Below, piece after piece: positions 63,520 to 64,000 of a stretch of 64,000 bases of DNA; within the stretch, counting starts at the first letter, position 1; every line of letters starts with the position of its first letter. Below the pieces are notes generated by a model. The model was given only the letters and a program-made list of their open reading frames with translations. It did no database searches and was not told the DNA's origin. The stretch is from contig JAWMAR010000329.1 of NCBI GenBank assembly GCA_036785375.1, positions 372,001 through 436,000 of the forward strand, written 5' to 3'. This stretch comes from Leucoraja ocellata. Its lineage: Eukaryota. Position numbers and translations under genes: made by a program.

Positions 63520-64000
63520 CATGTGATAGGAGCAGAATTAGGCTATTCGACCCATCAAATCTACTACCCCATTCAACCATGGCTGATCTACCTTTCCCTC
63601 TGAACCCCATTCTCCTGCCTTCTCCCCATAGGTCCCCATGGGAGTCCAAAATTACTCCCAATATGGTCTGGACAGCACCTTGTAAAGCCTCAGCATTATA
63701 TTCCTGTTTTTGTATTCTAGGCCTCTCGAAACAAATGCCACCATTGTGCTTACTGCCGATTTGGCTTGCAATTTAATGTTTTGGGAATCCTACGCCAGCA
63801 CTCCCAAGTCCCTTTGCACCTCTGATTTCTAAATTATCTTCCCATTTAGAAAATAGTCTACACCTTTATTCTTACTACCAAAATGCATGACTCCACACTT
63901 TGACAGTGGCAGTATATCATTTGCCACTTCTCTGTCCACTCTCCCAACCTGTCCCAAGTCCTGCAGAGTCCCTACTTTCTCTACGCTACCTGCCCCTCCA
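63520..64000 (-). mobile_element. CR1 LINE 3' fragment with internal deletion
   Basis: Reverse-complement similarity to the 62880-62990 UTR and CR1 RT C-terminal sequence. Confidence 0.7.

Overview
Repeat-rich vertebrate genomic DNA. The mix of HE1/V-SINE-like tRNA SINEs, CR1 LINEs, Rex1-like LINEs and Penelope-derived repeats suggests a cartilaginous fish, probably a skate or ray (inference). The only firmly supported host gene is UTP11 (+ strand): its CpG-island promoter and first three coding exons lie at 56888-61666 and the gene continues beyond the window. The ~56 kb upstream has no recognisable host coding exons. It does contain several minus-strand candidate exons that could belong to the divergent neighbour (FHL3 by vertebrate synteny; unproven, no LIM exons seen). 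The rest is mobile DNA: a near-full-length decayed CR1, a DIRS fragment carrying two nested insertions, Penelope-like (GIY-YIG) fragments, Rex1/RTE/L2 3' ends, hAT MITEs and a non-autonomous Helitron. Three observations stand out. (1) More than a dozen short Penelope-derived repeats carry a minimal hammerhead-ribozyme motif, several as inverted pairs. (2) A non-coding composite retroelement family has a YY1/ETS-like head, a swappable GC-rich VNTR and a GNRA-hairpin LINE tail. (3) A Helitron carries a TATA-Inr-splice-donor cassette. There is one 178-nt N gap. Most listed ORFs are spurious or transposon-derived.
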